A stretch of 63,797 nt of DNA, filler included, from Reclinomonas americana ATCC 50394 (Eukaryota): the NCBI GenBank assembly GCA_048213135.1. It is 16 parts of 16 records of this genome, joined end to end, with 100 filler letters (N's around TTAATTAATTAA, not from the genome) between each part and the next. Parts side by side here need not be neighbours in the genome. Positions count along the whole stretch, not along the records: positions 1 to 5,318 come from AFZH01022401.1; positions 5,419 to 7,735 come from AFZH01022404.1; positions 7,836 to 10,052 come from AFZH01022405.1; positions 10,153 to 17,898 come from AFZH01022406.1; 12 more parts are not named here. One strand, written 5' to 3'. Position numbers and translations under genes: made by a program. The notes under the pieces were generated by a model. The model ran no database searches. It had not been told where the DNA came from and saw only the letters and a program-made list of their open reading frames with translations. This document shows positions 1-11,339 of this stretch, piece after piece; positions within the stretch are counted from its first letter, which is position 1, and every line of letters begins with the position of its first letter.

Positions 1-28
1 CGCTCACTTCTCTTCCCCGCTTCACAAG

Positions 29-166
29 TGCGAGCTCGACATCATGTTCAACATTGAAAAGGCGCACTTTATCGTGCAAGAGATGGTGGCCAACGGGTGC
101 GTGGTGGAGACCAACAAGAACAACATTCTCGAGCCCATTCGTCTCCTGGAAAAGGAGAAAATGTAA
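29..166 (+). CDS. AP4S1: AP complex sigma subunit, probably AP-4 sigma; last exon only
   Basis: After the acceptor CACAAG| the exon reads [45 protein letters not shown]. This matches the adaptin small-chain C-terminus; ELDIMF and G(C)xVETNK are AP-4-like. Confidence 0.8.
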   Translation, partial: CELDIMFNIEKAHFIVQEMVANGCVVETNKNNILEPIRLLEKEKM

Positions 167-174
167 ATCGTGTG

Positions 175-3100
175 TTACTTGATCCACACGGCCTTGGCGT
201 TGCAGAACTCGTAGAGGCACAGGTGGGAGCACTCGCGACCAAAGCCGCTCATCTTGACGCCGCCAAACGGCAGGCGCGGATCGCTCTTGGTCATGCCGTT
301 GACAAAGGCCTGGCCCGACTCGAGGCTGAGGGCGATGCGCTCGCCCAGTGCCGTGTTGCGCGTAAAGACGGCGCCGCCGAGACCATAGTCGGTCTGGTTG
401 GCCAGCTGCAGGGCGTGCTCGGCGTCGCGGGCGGTGATGATGGGTGCCACCGGTCCGAACGTCTCCTCCTTGAAGGCCGTCATGGTGGAGGTGACGCCGG
501 TGAGTACGGTGGGCGCGTAGAACCAGCCCTTGTCGCCCACGCGGCGGCCGCCGGTTTGCAGTTTGGCGCCCTAAGGAGGGGGGAAGGGGGAGGAGGGGAA
601 CGGAGTGAGAGAGAAAAGAGGAAGGGATGGAGGAAGCGCGACACACTGTCGTACGGTCAGAGGCCCACAGCTTGCAGCTCTTGTCTTTTCTGCATTGTCG
701 AGTCTCTCTTTCTCTCTCTGTCTCTCTCTCTCTGTCTCTCTCTCTCTCTCCTGGGCTCAACTTCTGCATCTTGTGTACTCGTCATGCGAACGTCTCACGT
801 ACTCGCCCACAATTGGCGGCAATCAAAGCAACTCTCATTCTCTCTGTCTCGCGCATTTCTTCGTACCCAATTCTCTTCTGCGTCTCGTGAACACGCTCAG
901 TCTCATGCAGCAGTCTCCTTTCATCATCCACACTCTGTCGCACACCTTCACTTACTCATCTTGCAAGCGCAGCGATGAACTCAGACGTTTCTACTCTCAC
1001 CGTCGCTCTTCCCGCTCCCTCTCGCATAACTTCATCCCCAATCCTATTCTGCATCCCGTCAACACGCTCAGTCTCAAACAGCATTCTCCTTGCCATACTC
1101 GCCGCCCATTGATGCAGCTCTCTTTCTCTCTCCCCTTGCCCGACTGTGCCTCTACATTGCAAGGAAAAGCACAGACGTTCTTACTCTCTCCGTCGCTCTT
1201 CTCGCTCTAGAGTTACATCGCCTCCTGCCTGCTTCTGATCAAAGAGCTCTTATGGCAATCCTGCATTTCCCTCTCACAGAAAAGCTCAGACGTTCTTACT
1301 CTCTCCGTCGCTCTTCCCGCTCTCTCGAGTCACATCGCCTCCTGCCTGCTTCTGATCAAAGAACTCTTTCTTCCCTCTTACAATCGTCGCCCATTGACAT
1401 AGCTCTCTCTGCCTCTTCGCTCCTCTTGTGCATTCGAGAACTTTCTCAGTTTTTCGTGGCTCTTTCTCTACCACAATCGTCGCTCATCCAAGCGATTCTC
1501 ATTCCCTCTCGGTTCTTCATCTCCTCGAAAACTACCAGCATTCCTCCCACTCACACGTCCTTCACCCCCTCTCTCAGTCGCCCTTCCCCTCATTCCCCTT
1601 CCCTCCGTCCTCCCCTCTCACCTCCTTGATGGTCGCCTGCACCTGACGATCCAGCTGCTCCATGAGATCGCGACGAGCCAGCGGACCCATCTGCTCGCCA
1701 GGTAAGCACACAAACGCGCACACACACTCAATGCCCTTCCCTTGCCCAACACAAACCTGCGTGCGAGCATCCGTGGGATCACCGACCACCACCGACTCCA
1801 TGCGCTGCACGAGGCGGCGGCTGAACTCCTCGACCACCGGCGCCTCCACAATGAAGCGCTTCGCGGCGATGCAACTCTGGCCACTGCATCCCACAATTAA
1901 TGAGACGCGATGAACATCCCCTCCTCCATCCCTGTGCGAAAACGCAACGCATTCTGGATGCGAGCGGCGAGCGCCTGATCCGCGGCCAGATCCAAGTCCG
2001 CGTCCTTCAGCACAATGAACGGGTCCGAGCCGCCCTGCAGCAGCGGGGGAAATGAATGAGCTTTGAGTTCGTACATGTGAAGAAAATGGAGGCTACGCAC
2101 CAGCTCCAACACCGACTTCTTGATCACACTGCCCGCAATGCCGGCCACCGTCTGACCCGCGCGAGTGCTGCCCGTGAGGGTGACGGCCTTGATGTCGCGA
2201 TGACGAATAATGTCGGCCGCCTGGTCATTGTCAACGAACAGATTCTGCACGACATCGGCCGGGAAGCCGGACTCGCGGAAAATGGCCTCAATGGCCAGCG
2301 CGCTTTGTGGGACATTCGGGGCGTGCTGCGGAGGCAGGAGAAAAGGGGGGTGAGAGAGAGGTGAGGGCAAACAGGAAGATGCATGCAACCAAAGTAGAGG
2401 CCTGTTCGCCCACCTTCATCAAAAACACGTTGCCGACCATCAGCGTGGGGGCGGCGAAGCGGAAGACCTGCCAGAAGGGGAAGTTCCACGGGAAGATGCC
2501 GAAGACGATGCCGATCGGTTGGTAGGAGATGTAGGAGCGCGAGGCGTCGGTGGGGATCATCTTGGATTGGAGGAGGGACTCGCTTTCGTCGGCAAAGTAG
2601 CTGCGGGGCAGGGGGGAAGAGGGGGAAGAGGAGGAAGAGGGAGAGAGAGAGAGAGAGCGGAGAGGTGTAAGTGCGAAAAGGAGAGAATAGAAGAGAGACT
2701 GAAGAGAAAATGAGCAGAAGAAAACAAGAGAAAAAAAGAGAGACAGGTTAGTGATGAGGAAAGGAGAGGAGACAACAGACTGGCGATACGACGGAAGGAG
2801 AGGAGGGAGAATGAGGAGGTGGGGAGAGGAGTATGAGAAGGAGAAGAAAGAGAAAAGGAGAGGAGATCACACACTGGCGATAAGATGAGGCGGAGAGGAG
2901 GAAAGCGGACGAGGTGCGGAGAAACGAACAGAGAGATGGACGTGAGATGAGGAGCAGGGAAAAGAGAGTTGACGTAGAATGAGGAGAAAAAAGTGGGAGA
3001 AGAGAGGAGCGAGGGCAGAACAAGGAGACAGAAGCGAGACAAGTTGGAGAGAACAGAGAGGGACTAGTAGAGGGAGATGTGCGGAGGTGGATAAAAGAGG

Positions 3101-3580
3101 AAGAAAAGGGAGAAGAGAAGAAGAACAAAAGACATGGAAGTGAGTTAAGGAGATCAGAGACGACAGTGAGACGAAGGAGAGAGATCGCTGCGAGAGGCGA
3201 AGAGACAGGAAGAAGCAAGCCCGACAGCCACCTGCAACCAACACTCACCGCATGCCTATCGCACACTTCTGCACCTCCATGACGGCGTGCGCCAGCGGCT
3301 TGCCCATTTCCAGCGTCGCAAGGCTGCCGAGCTCCTTGGCACGCGAGTCACTGCACTCACACGAGCAGTGAACGAGCAGGCTGCTCAACCGCAGACAAAA
3401 AAAGCACGCAACAGCAACTGCGCTGCACGATGCAAGCACGAGGCACGAGCGGCAAACGACATGCCCTTCCACGTATCAAAGGCCTTCAGTCCCTTTTGAA
3501 TCTGCGAATCACAGGAAGTGGAAAAATCAGCGGGAATGCAATGCAAATGCGACGCCTAAACTCATGGAAAGTGCAAGAGC

Positions 3581-3617
<37 letters not shown>

Positions 3618-4075
3618 CAAATGAGAGGGAATGACAAAGCGAGAGAGAAGAAGAGACAAAGAGTGTGACGGTGTGCGACAAATAGGATGTGTGTGTTTGT
3701 GTGTGTGTGTGTACTCTGACACACACACTCACTCTCTCACTCACTCTCTCACTCACTCACTCACTCACTCACTCCCTCACTCACTCACTCTCTCTCTCTC
3801 ACTCACTCACTCACTCACTCGTCTCCCTCTTACACTCACTCACTCACTCACTCACTCTCTCTCTCTCTCTCCCTCTCCCCTCCTCTCCTTCCGCTCACCT
3901 TCTCCTCCACCTCCTTATTCGTGTGCGACTCGAAGCTCTTGAGGGTCTCACCCGTGACCGGGCTCACAGAGGCATACTTGGGAGGCGGAAGCGGATGCGC
4001 CGAGGTGTTACTCAGCAGTGGCGACGACAGGCCCGAGAAGCGACGAGCGACAGAGAGAAGGCCTCCGCGCAACAT
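175..4075 (-). CDS. NAD(P)-dependent succinate-semialdehyde dehydrogenase / aldehyde dehydrogenase (Sad/GabD1-like) with a mitochondrial presequence; 9 exons
   Basis: Spliced motifs: IFPWNFPFWQVFRFAAP, KHAPNVP, LTGSTRAG, LELGGSDP (catalytic Glu), QNAGQSCIAAKR (catalytic Cys), EETFGPV, PFGGVKMSGFGRE. The N-terminus MLRGGLLSVARRFS is presequence-like. Exons approx. 4075-3899, 3502-3413, 3350-3249, 2600-2414, 2325-2101, 2034-1949, 1883-1757, 1690-1622, 570-175. Confidence 0.9.
880..1400. repeat. Degenerate direct repeats (about 115-190 bp) inside the 1051-nt SSADH intron
   Basis: CAGACGTTCTTACTCTCTCCGTCGCTCTT at about 1172 and 1287 with a variant at 982; CATCGCCTCCTGCCTGCTTCTGATCAAAGA at about 1216 and 1333; CACGCTCAGTCTCA at about 892 and 1063. 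Confidence 0.75.
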
Positions 4076-4218
4076 GATCGGAACAAATAAGAGGGAATGG
4101 AGGACGCGCGACGAAGTTGAGTTGCAAGTCGTTCTGCACGCCGTGTTTACACGCACGGAGTAAGCTGCAATACCCGCGGGCCCTCAACCCTTGAGCCTTG
4201 CCAGTATGCGTTTGCGAT

Positions 4219-4228
4219 TCGACGTCGA
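4219..4228. promoter_or_regulatory. Palindrome TCGACGTCGA in the divergent SSADH/NHL promoter; it recurs at 29629, 35035 and 35197
   Basis: Same 10-mer in three divergent intergenic regions; regulatory function is inferred. Confidence 0.4.
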
Positions 4229-4388
4229 CGCGACTTCGACTTCGAATTCGCGTTGCCGTACGCGTTGCAACTCGATAGGATTGCAGTTGACAAAACCCGA
4301 TTCTTGGTCTTTGTATCGGTTCTCTGCAGAACAGGCAAGGGTCGTGCGCGATCGACAGTTAACGTTGCAAACAATCGCAAAGTCGCAA

Positions 4389-4402
4389 TTTTGGCGCCAA
4401 AA
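4389..4402. promoter_or_regulatory. Palindromic E2F/DP-type site TTTTGGCGCCAAAA
   Basis: Perfect 14-bp palindrome matching the E2F consensus, about 80 nt upstream of the ATG at 4481. Confidence 0.4.
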
Positions 4403-4480
4403 ACGAAGTTTCAACCGTTTCCTTCTTGTTGAATGAGTAGGTGACGTGCTGCTCCTCACAGAAACACGAGAACGTCTCAG

Positions 4481-5180
4481 ATGCACTTGCTCTTCCGCGT
4501 CTCTCTCGTCGTCCTCTTGCTCGTTCACTCGCTCGCTGGCACTGCAAGTTGCGTGTGTGTGCGTATGTGTGTGCGCACCCTTGTGTCTCACTCATTCCTA
4601 TCAACTACCCCGCAGACGCTCAAACAGTGACCACCGTCGTCGCCAACAACATCACAGGCACCACCGCAACGCTCAATGCATGGGTCAATCCCAACAATGT
4701 CGCTGGAGGCACCACCAACTCCTTTGAGTGGTCTCCATATGCTGCCACGATTGGTGTCTCCTCTGCTACTGTCTCCGCCTTTGTGGGCACAGCAGGCACG
4801 TCGGGAACGGCTGACGGTGTTGGAGCGAGCGCGCTTCTCCATTCACCGACGGTGCGTCATACTGTATACGTAGTTCATTCTACTTTGGCAAGCGTGTGCT
4901 TCCCATGCATATGTGCCTCGTCTGCAGGGAATGGCCTTTGACGCCATGGGCAACTTGTACGTGGCAGAAAACGGGTTTGTCATCTGCATTGATTCGTCCC
5001 CTCCTTTCCTCTCCATCTCACTCTTCTCACGCGCGATGACAGCAACTGTCGCATTCGACGCATCACACCCGCAGCCACAGTGACCACCTTTGCGGGAAGC
5101 ACTTGCGGCCTCGTGGATGGCACAGGAGTGGCAGCGCAATTCAAAAGGTGCGTGCTTGCTCTCTCTCTCTCTCTCTCTCA

Positions 5181-5220
<40 letters not shown>

Positions 5221-8200
5221 TTCAACAACTTCACGCGCAGTTTATCCGGCCTCGCCATCGATCAAACGACGGGAGTCATATATGTCGCCGATGTGAGTGT
5301 GTTCTGGCATGCACGATCNNNNNNNNNNNNNNNNNNNNNNNNNNNNNNNNNNNNNNNNNNNNTTAATTAATTAANNNNNNNNNNNNNNNNNNNNNNNNNN
5401 NNNNNNNNNNNNNNNNNNGGTGGGTGGCGCGAGCAGCGCATTGGTGACGGTTGTGTCTGGCAACCAGCTGCAGTTTGCGAATGCGGGCGTGACGGCGTCG
5501 CTGGTGGTGATAGTGCGCACGACCGACAATGGCAACCCTGCCATGTCATTCGATCAGACCCTCAACATTGCTGGTTCGTGTTATACTGATTCTGTGTGTT
5601 ATTGTGGTGCACAATGATGCTGATTTACCTTTCAATTGTGCAGCACCTAATGTGACATCACTGTCGGCGACATTCGTGTCGGCACTGGCTGGCCAGTTGA
5701 TAACACTAACGGGACCTGCGCTGGTAAACAACTCGGCCGATGTGTCGGCATATGTGCTTGGCACTCCTCTCTGTGGCGCCACAACACCACCGACGGCTGT
5801 GGCCAGCACCAGCATCAGCAGTGCATTCGGCAGCGCGACTAGCATCACGCTGACGATTGGAGCGGCGGGTGCAGCTGTTGGCACATACGAGCTGTGCACA
5901 CGATGGACTCCTGCCAAGACATACCTGGCTGTGTCTGCATTCGCGATAGGTGAGGAATGAGGGGAAGGGAGAAGTCGGCCTTTGTGTGCTTGTTTGTTTG
6001 TTTGTGGGTGTGTTTAGCTGTGCTTCTGTTCCTTCTTCTTTCCTTCTTCGTCTTTCTTGCTCTCTCTCTCCCTCTCTCTCTTTTTGTATATACGTGCGTG
6101 CGTGTGTGTGTGTGCATTCGTGTGTTTGTGTGTTTGTGTATTTGTGTGTTTGTGTTTGTGATCGTTTTTGTGAGCTGAACCCCAGTTGTTGAACGACTGT
6201 GCAGGAAATGTGGCGCCCAGCGACATTCTGCTGTCGGGTTCGCAGACGTATTCAAGTGCGGCAGTGCCATTCACCGTGGGCACACTGAGCATGGTGGATC
6301 TCAACACGGGACAGACGCCGACATTCAGCATTGTCGGTGGTGTGCATGCGGGTCTGTTCAGTCTGGTTGGCGGCAATCAGCTGACGATCTCGGTGGCACC
6401 GCCGCTGAGTCGGCGACTGCAAGTGTTTGTGCAAGTGAGCGACGGCGTACTGACGTACACCAAGCAGTTCATGATTGTGTATGGTGCGTGGGTGGGAGAA
6501 GGAAGAGGGGGGGGGGGGGGAGGAAAGAGACTTGCAGAGAGTATGGTCAAGAAAGGCGGAGGATGTCCTGAGAGTGAAGGAAAAAGAGGAACAGGGGAAG
6601 GGAGTAGAAGAGAATGGGAGAGGGAATTGTCGTAGAAGGGAGCGGGTAAAGGACCAGGTGTAGATGTAAGTGGTGAACGGCGGAGAGCGGAGGTGTTGAG
6701 AAGGAAGTATGGGGTGAAGCGCAAGAGTGGAGGCTTTGAGAGGGATGAAGAGTTATGGGGAACGGTGAGGAGCAGACCAGCGGTATCCAGGGGAAACAGG
6801 CATGCAGTGAGCGTCAGGAAGGCAGCAATGACAGGAATTAATGGACAGGCTTTTGGTAGCATGAGAGGTGAAGTAGCTGTGGGGGGAAGGATGAAGTGCA
6901 GAGCTGCAGCGATGTCACGGGGAAACGAGGAAGGGCGACGAATTAGGAGCACACAAGGCAGCGACATCAGAAGTTTTTAGCTCAGGCTCAGATCTAGTGT
7001 GAAGCGAACATGGTCTCGAGTTGTGAGGAGACGGTGAAGTGTACAGGAGGTGATTTCGACGTCACTGCCAAGGCACATGGTCTGTCGTTCTTGCCCGTTT
7101 TCGGCTGTGCAGATCGTCCTTTCTCTCCAGAGACGTGTGCTTGTCCTTGTTGATTCTTCCTGCTCCCTTTCTTTTCACTCGGTTCGTGGTATATATCATG
7201 CTCGATGTGCACTGTGAGACAAGGGAATATGTGAGTGGTGCTGACGACAATTGCGGATGCATGTACAGCAACGAATGCCGGTTGTTCAGCTGTGCAGAAC
7301 GGAGTTGTGGCTCGTTGCGTTGGTTGTCAGCTGGGTGTGTCCCATCACCGGCCATCTCACTCGCACACGCACCGATCAGCGGCATTGGAGGTGTGCCAGT
7401 TCGAGGCTGTGGATCGTCCTGGCGGCACGATCGTGGCCTCGCTCGTCACTGTGCGCAACGAAATCGGCTGCTGCGAACTGTGCGATCTGTACCCGCTGTG
7501 TCGATCGTGGACTTTTCTTGATGCTGCCGCGGCATCGAACACGTTCGGTGTGAGTGTGTGCACGCTGAAGGCATGTGATCGAGAGTAGTGAGCTTGTGTG
7601 GGAATGACAAGCTCACCTCCCTGTTGCTCACAGAGCACCGTACCGGCGACAGCAGCCAATGCAGAGACGAGCAATGTGTGTGGCTCGCATTTCTGCTTGG
7701 TTTCGGGACGCAAGACGAGTGCGGCTGCGTACGATNNNNNNNNNNNNNNNNNNNNNNNNNNNNNNNNNNNNNNNNNNNNTTAATTAATTAANNNNNNNNN
7801 NNNNNNNNNNNNNNNNNNNNNNNNNNNNNNNNNNNGCCGCTGTTCTTCGACAAGGCGTTCACCATCACAACAGGTGAGGCGCACAGGATGCTGCATTGTC
7901 GGTAACTCTCTGCCAGTCTCCGCTTTCCCTTTTCCTACTGCCTCGTCCTCCTTTCGCTTCCTTTTCCGTCGCTGGTTATTCACAGTTGCTTCTCTCCCTT
8001 GCTGATATTCCACAGCCACCCAGTCACTGGCCACGCTCGCTGCTAGCAATGTCACAACGTCGTCGGTGACATTGAATGCAGTGGTCGGCAACTCTGTGGC
8101 AGCCTCGACAATGAGCAATGCGTTCGAGTGGGCGCCTTCGGCGGCTGCGCTTGGCATCACGCCGGCCGTGTCGACATGGTTGGGTACGGCGGGCATGTAT

Positions 8201-10052
8201 GGCTCGACGAATGGCTCGGGCAGTGCTGCTCGTTTTTCCAATCCGGCAGTGAGTTGTCTGTTGAAACGTTTCCATCACTCATGACTCTATAGACTCACAG
8301 GGCGCTGCAGGGCATCGCCTTTGATGCGTCGGGCTCTGCATTCATGTGCGACATGTTTAACCACACGATTCGGCAAGTCACGAGTGGAGGTGTGACATCG
8401 ACATTCCTGGGAACTACTGGAGCTACTGGCTTGGTTGATGGCGTCGGTTCGGCTGCGCGGTTTAGCCAGCCCACTGACATATCGATCGACTGGACCACCG
8501 GCTACCTTTACATTGCTGATGTTGCGTTGCTGTCGTTGTCCATGAAAGAGCTCTTCTGCCCCTGACAACTGTTGCCTTCAGCAAAATAACCATGCCATCC
8601 GCGTGAGCACTGCATCTGGCTCTGTGTCGACGCTGGCTGGCAACGGATCGATCGGCACTGCGAATGGCGCCGGATCTGATGCGAGGTTTAGAAGACCGCA
8701 CGGCATCGTGGTTGATCCGTCAAACAAGGCAGCGTACGTTGGTGACTGGCAGAACAACGCCATCAGAAAGGTGCCTACGCGCATCTGCGACCGCCGTGCT
8801 AGTACGATGCATAACTGTACTCCGTTTCTTAGGTCACATACGGCGGCGAGGTCACCACCTTCTGCGGTACGATTGGGTCGTCTGGTATTGTTGACGGGGC
8901 ATGTTCAGCAACAGCACGGTTTGGTGGACCGAATGGTGTGGCATTGGACACGACAGGCAATCGGCTGTACGTTGGTACGTGTGTGCGGCGTGCGCGTGAG
9001 GGAGAGAGAGAGGCTTTTGTGACACTAGATGTGCGCTTACACGTCTGGGTGTGAGCAGCCGATCGAGATCGCCACAACATCCGGGTGATCGACATGCTGG
9101 CGATGACTGTTTCAGTTCTGGCCGGATCTCTCACCGCCGTGACAGGGTCGACTGATGCCACAGGCAGTGCGGCTCGATTCAATGCGCCAATTGGCATCCA
9201 GCTTGATCGAGCGCGTGGCGTTCTTTACGTTGCTGATGTTGCGTCTGGTTGTTATGCAGTGCGCGTGAAGTACTTTCTCGCATCATTTATTGGAGTGTCT
9301 TTTAAAGTTTACCAACTCCACCATTCGCCAAATCGTCATCGGCACCGGTGTCGTTACAACCATCGCCGGCGCTGCGGGAGCCACGGGAGCAATCGACGGG
9401 AGCCCAGTGACAAGTGCTCGATTTGATGGCCCGGTTCGTTCGTCTGGTACTTGTGACGACTAGTCCGTTTCGTCTCTCATTGGGTCAGTCCAGGTGTTTA
9501 TGGCGTACGATACCGCGTCATCCACTCTGTATATTGCAGGTGTGCGCTCAAAGAAGAGAACCATCGTCATCCCTTGTCTTCCTGCTCAATATCTTGCACC
9601 AAAGATTACTATGGTCTCACCATCCGCCGACTCACCATCGGCTCCTCCACCGTCTCGGCCACCCCGGCCACGTCTGGCGTCGCCTCAAGCACCGCCCTGA
9701 CCGCGTCACTCACGTCGCTCGCCGCCAGCTGGACGTACTACTTCCGTGCCCTCTCCACCTCCACCGTGCCCAGCACTCTCACCGGCTCTACCCTCTCGTT
9801 CACCACCTCCAACTCGGTGCCAAGTGATCTCGCCTGCACCGGAACGACCACCTACGTTGCGCCGTCGACAGCCAACGTGCCACTGTGCACGATGAGCACC
9901 ATCGACAATGATGGAGGCCAGTCGTACACGTACGCGGTCAGTGGAGGAGCGAACGGCAGTGCTTTTTCGGTGAGCGCTGGTGCGCAGCTGCAAATCACCT
10001 CGGCGGGCCAGTCGGCCAGTCCACTGGTCGTCACGGTTCGCTCGTTCGACAA
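4481..10052 (+). CDS. Large secreted/surface protein: signal peptide, FN3-like domain with inserted NHL propeller, cadherin-like domains, PAN/apple domain, then a second FN3/NHL/cadherin-like module. Partial and crosses gaps; may be two tandem genes
   Basis: Signal peptide MHLLFRVSLVVLLLVHSLAG. NHL repeats, e.g. DGVGSAARFSQPTDISIDWTTGYLYIAD and ARFNAPIGIQLD. Cadherin-like APSDILLS..VGTLSMVDLNTGQTPTFSIVGG..FSL. PAN-like CCELCDLYPLCRSWTF..CTLK. Most exons join in frame; the 6484-7235 segment could not be resolved. Confidence 0.75.
5319..5418. other. Artificial scaffold-gap linker, first of 15 (others start at 7736, 10053, 17899, 20482, 23789, 27411, 33576, 36584, 39416, 42637, 45213, 52067, 57339, 61801)
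   Basis: Identical 100-nt structure, 44 N + TTAATTAATTAA + 44 N, with stops in all six frames. Confidence 0.97.
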
Positions 10053-10155
10053 NNNNNNNNNNNNNNNNNNNNNNNNNNNNNNNNNNNNNNNNNNNNTTAA
10101 TTAATTAANNNNNNNNNNNNNNNNNNNNNNNNNNNNNNNNNNNNNNNNNNNNAGA

Positions 10156-10186
<31 letters not shown>

Positions 10187-10374
10187 AGGGATAAAGAGAC
10201 GCTTCAGCATCATGCTCATCTTATCACAGTTTCTCCGATTGTGATCGATATTGCAACACACGCACCGTTTCCTCCTCTTGCCCTTGCCACGAGTCGAGAG
10301 ACACGCATTGCAAAACGATTACTTGTATTTCACACAATACACCCGGAGCTCCTGCCGCTCTCGCTCTCACTCTT

Positions 10375-10996
10375 TCACAACTGAGAGGCATGATAGTTGA
10401 AGTCCTGCTCGAGACACTCGGTGCCACGCCAGCCGCGGAAGCAGCCACACTTGCCATTGCGCAGGCAGATGCCATTGCCGGAGCAGGTCACGTCGGGGTT
10501 GCATTCGCAGTTGGCGCCCGCAAAGCCCGGGTAGCACACGCACCGACCCTCGCGGCATTCGCCGTGACCGAGCGTGCAGTCCACCTCTGCACAAGCACTG
10601 AATGAGACACCCACAAGATGCGACAAGAACCTCTCTCATGATGCACAGCGACTGACCACTCTTGCATGAGGCGGGCGCCACCGTCTCGGTGCTGAACGCC
10701 TGCGTGTTGACACGCACTGCAGCAGAACGCGAGTCAGCGCACACACAGCGATGACAGTGTGAGCGAGTGGGAAGGAGGGAAGAAGAGACGCAACTCGCAG
10801 CGGCACTGCCCGCCAGTGCGCACAACACCACCAGTGCCGTCAGCACGGTGAACTGCAACGAGAAGCGCGTCGGAATAAGCGCAAGAATGAACATTGTTGC
10901 CTCACACACACAAAACACACAAAGAGAGAGTGCGTGTCGCTTTCGTGTAGGACAGACACGAACCGTGTCTCGGGTTCGTCGTGAGTTGTTCCACAT
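10375..10996 (-). CDS. Small secreted protein with two tenascin-type EGF repeats; 4 exons
   Basis: MWNNSRRTRDT|FTVLTALVVLCALAGSAAA (hydrophobic leader), then CTLGHGECREGRCVCYPGFAGANCE and CSGNGICLRNGKCGCFRGWRGTEC. Splice phases are consistent. Confidence 0.75.
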
Positions 10997-11339
10997 TGCC
11001 TCTTTTGCTCGCTTGCTTGTTTGCTTGTTTGCTTGACGATGACAGCACACACAGCCAGACAACCTCCTCTCTCCTTCAACGTGCGAAAATGAGCAGGTGC
11101 ATGTCTGGCAATGTGGTTTTTTTGCGGTTTGCGAGTGAGAGTGCGTGTGCGATCGATGATGACCGTTACAAAATCGCTCGCGCCAATTTGGCCCCACTCC
11201 CTTTTTTTCAACCCACACCTCACCAACAAGCGAGAGACTGCCCCGTCTTTTGTCACGCAGCAGCAGCAGCAGGCAATCAGTGAGTTGAGGCAGGAGGGAC
11301 ACACACACACAGACACGCAGAGAGAGACACACACACAAA

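Noticed and set aside
97..978. Long ORFs antisense to real genes (also 21116-22447, 13579-14592, 14707-15843, 27584-28540)
   Set aside because: Shadow ORFs caused by GC-rich codon usage on the opposite strand.
5363..5374. Recurrent TTAATTAATTAA motif flanked by N runs
   Set aside because: Identical 100-nt artificial gap spacer with stops in all frames; not biological.
6484..7235. In-frame TAG/TGA near 6995 and 7231 in the surface-protein gene, suggesting stop-codon reassignment or readthrough
   Set aside because: The region follows a poly-G run and looks low quality or unresolved in splicing. TAA, TAG and TGA all terminate conserved genes elsewhere in the window, and no conserved exon contains an internal stop.
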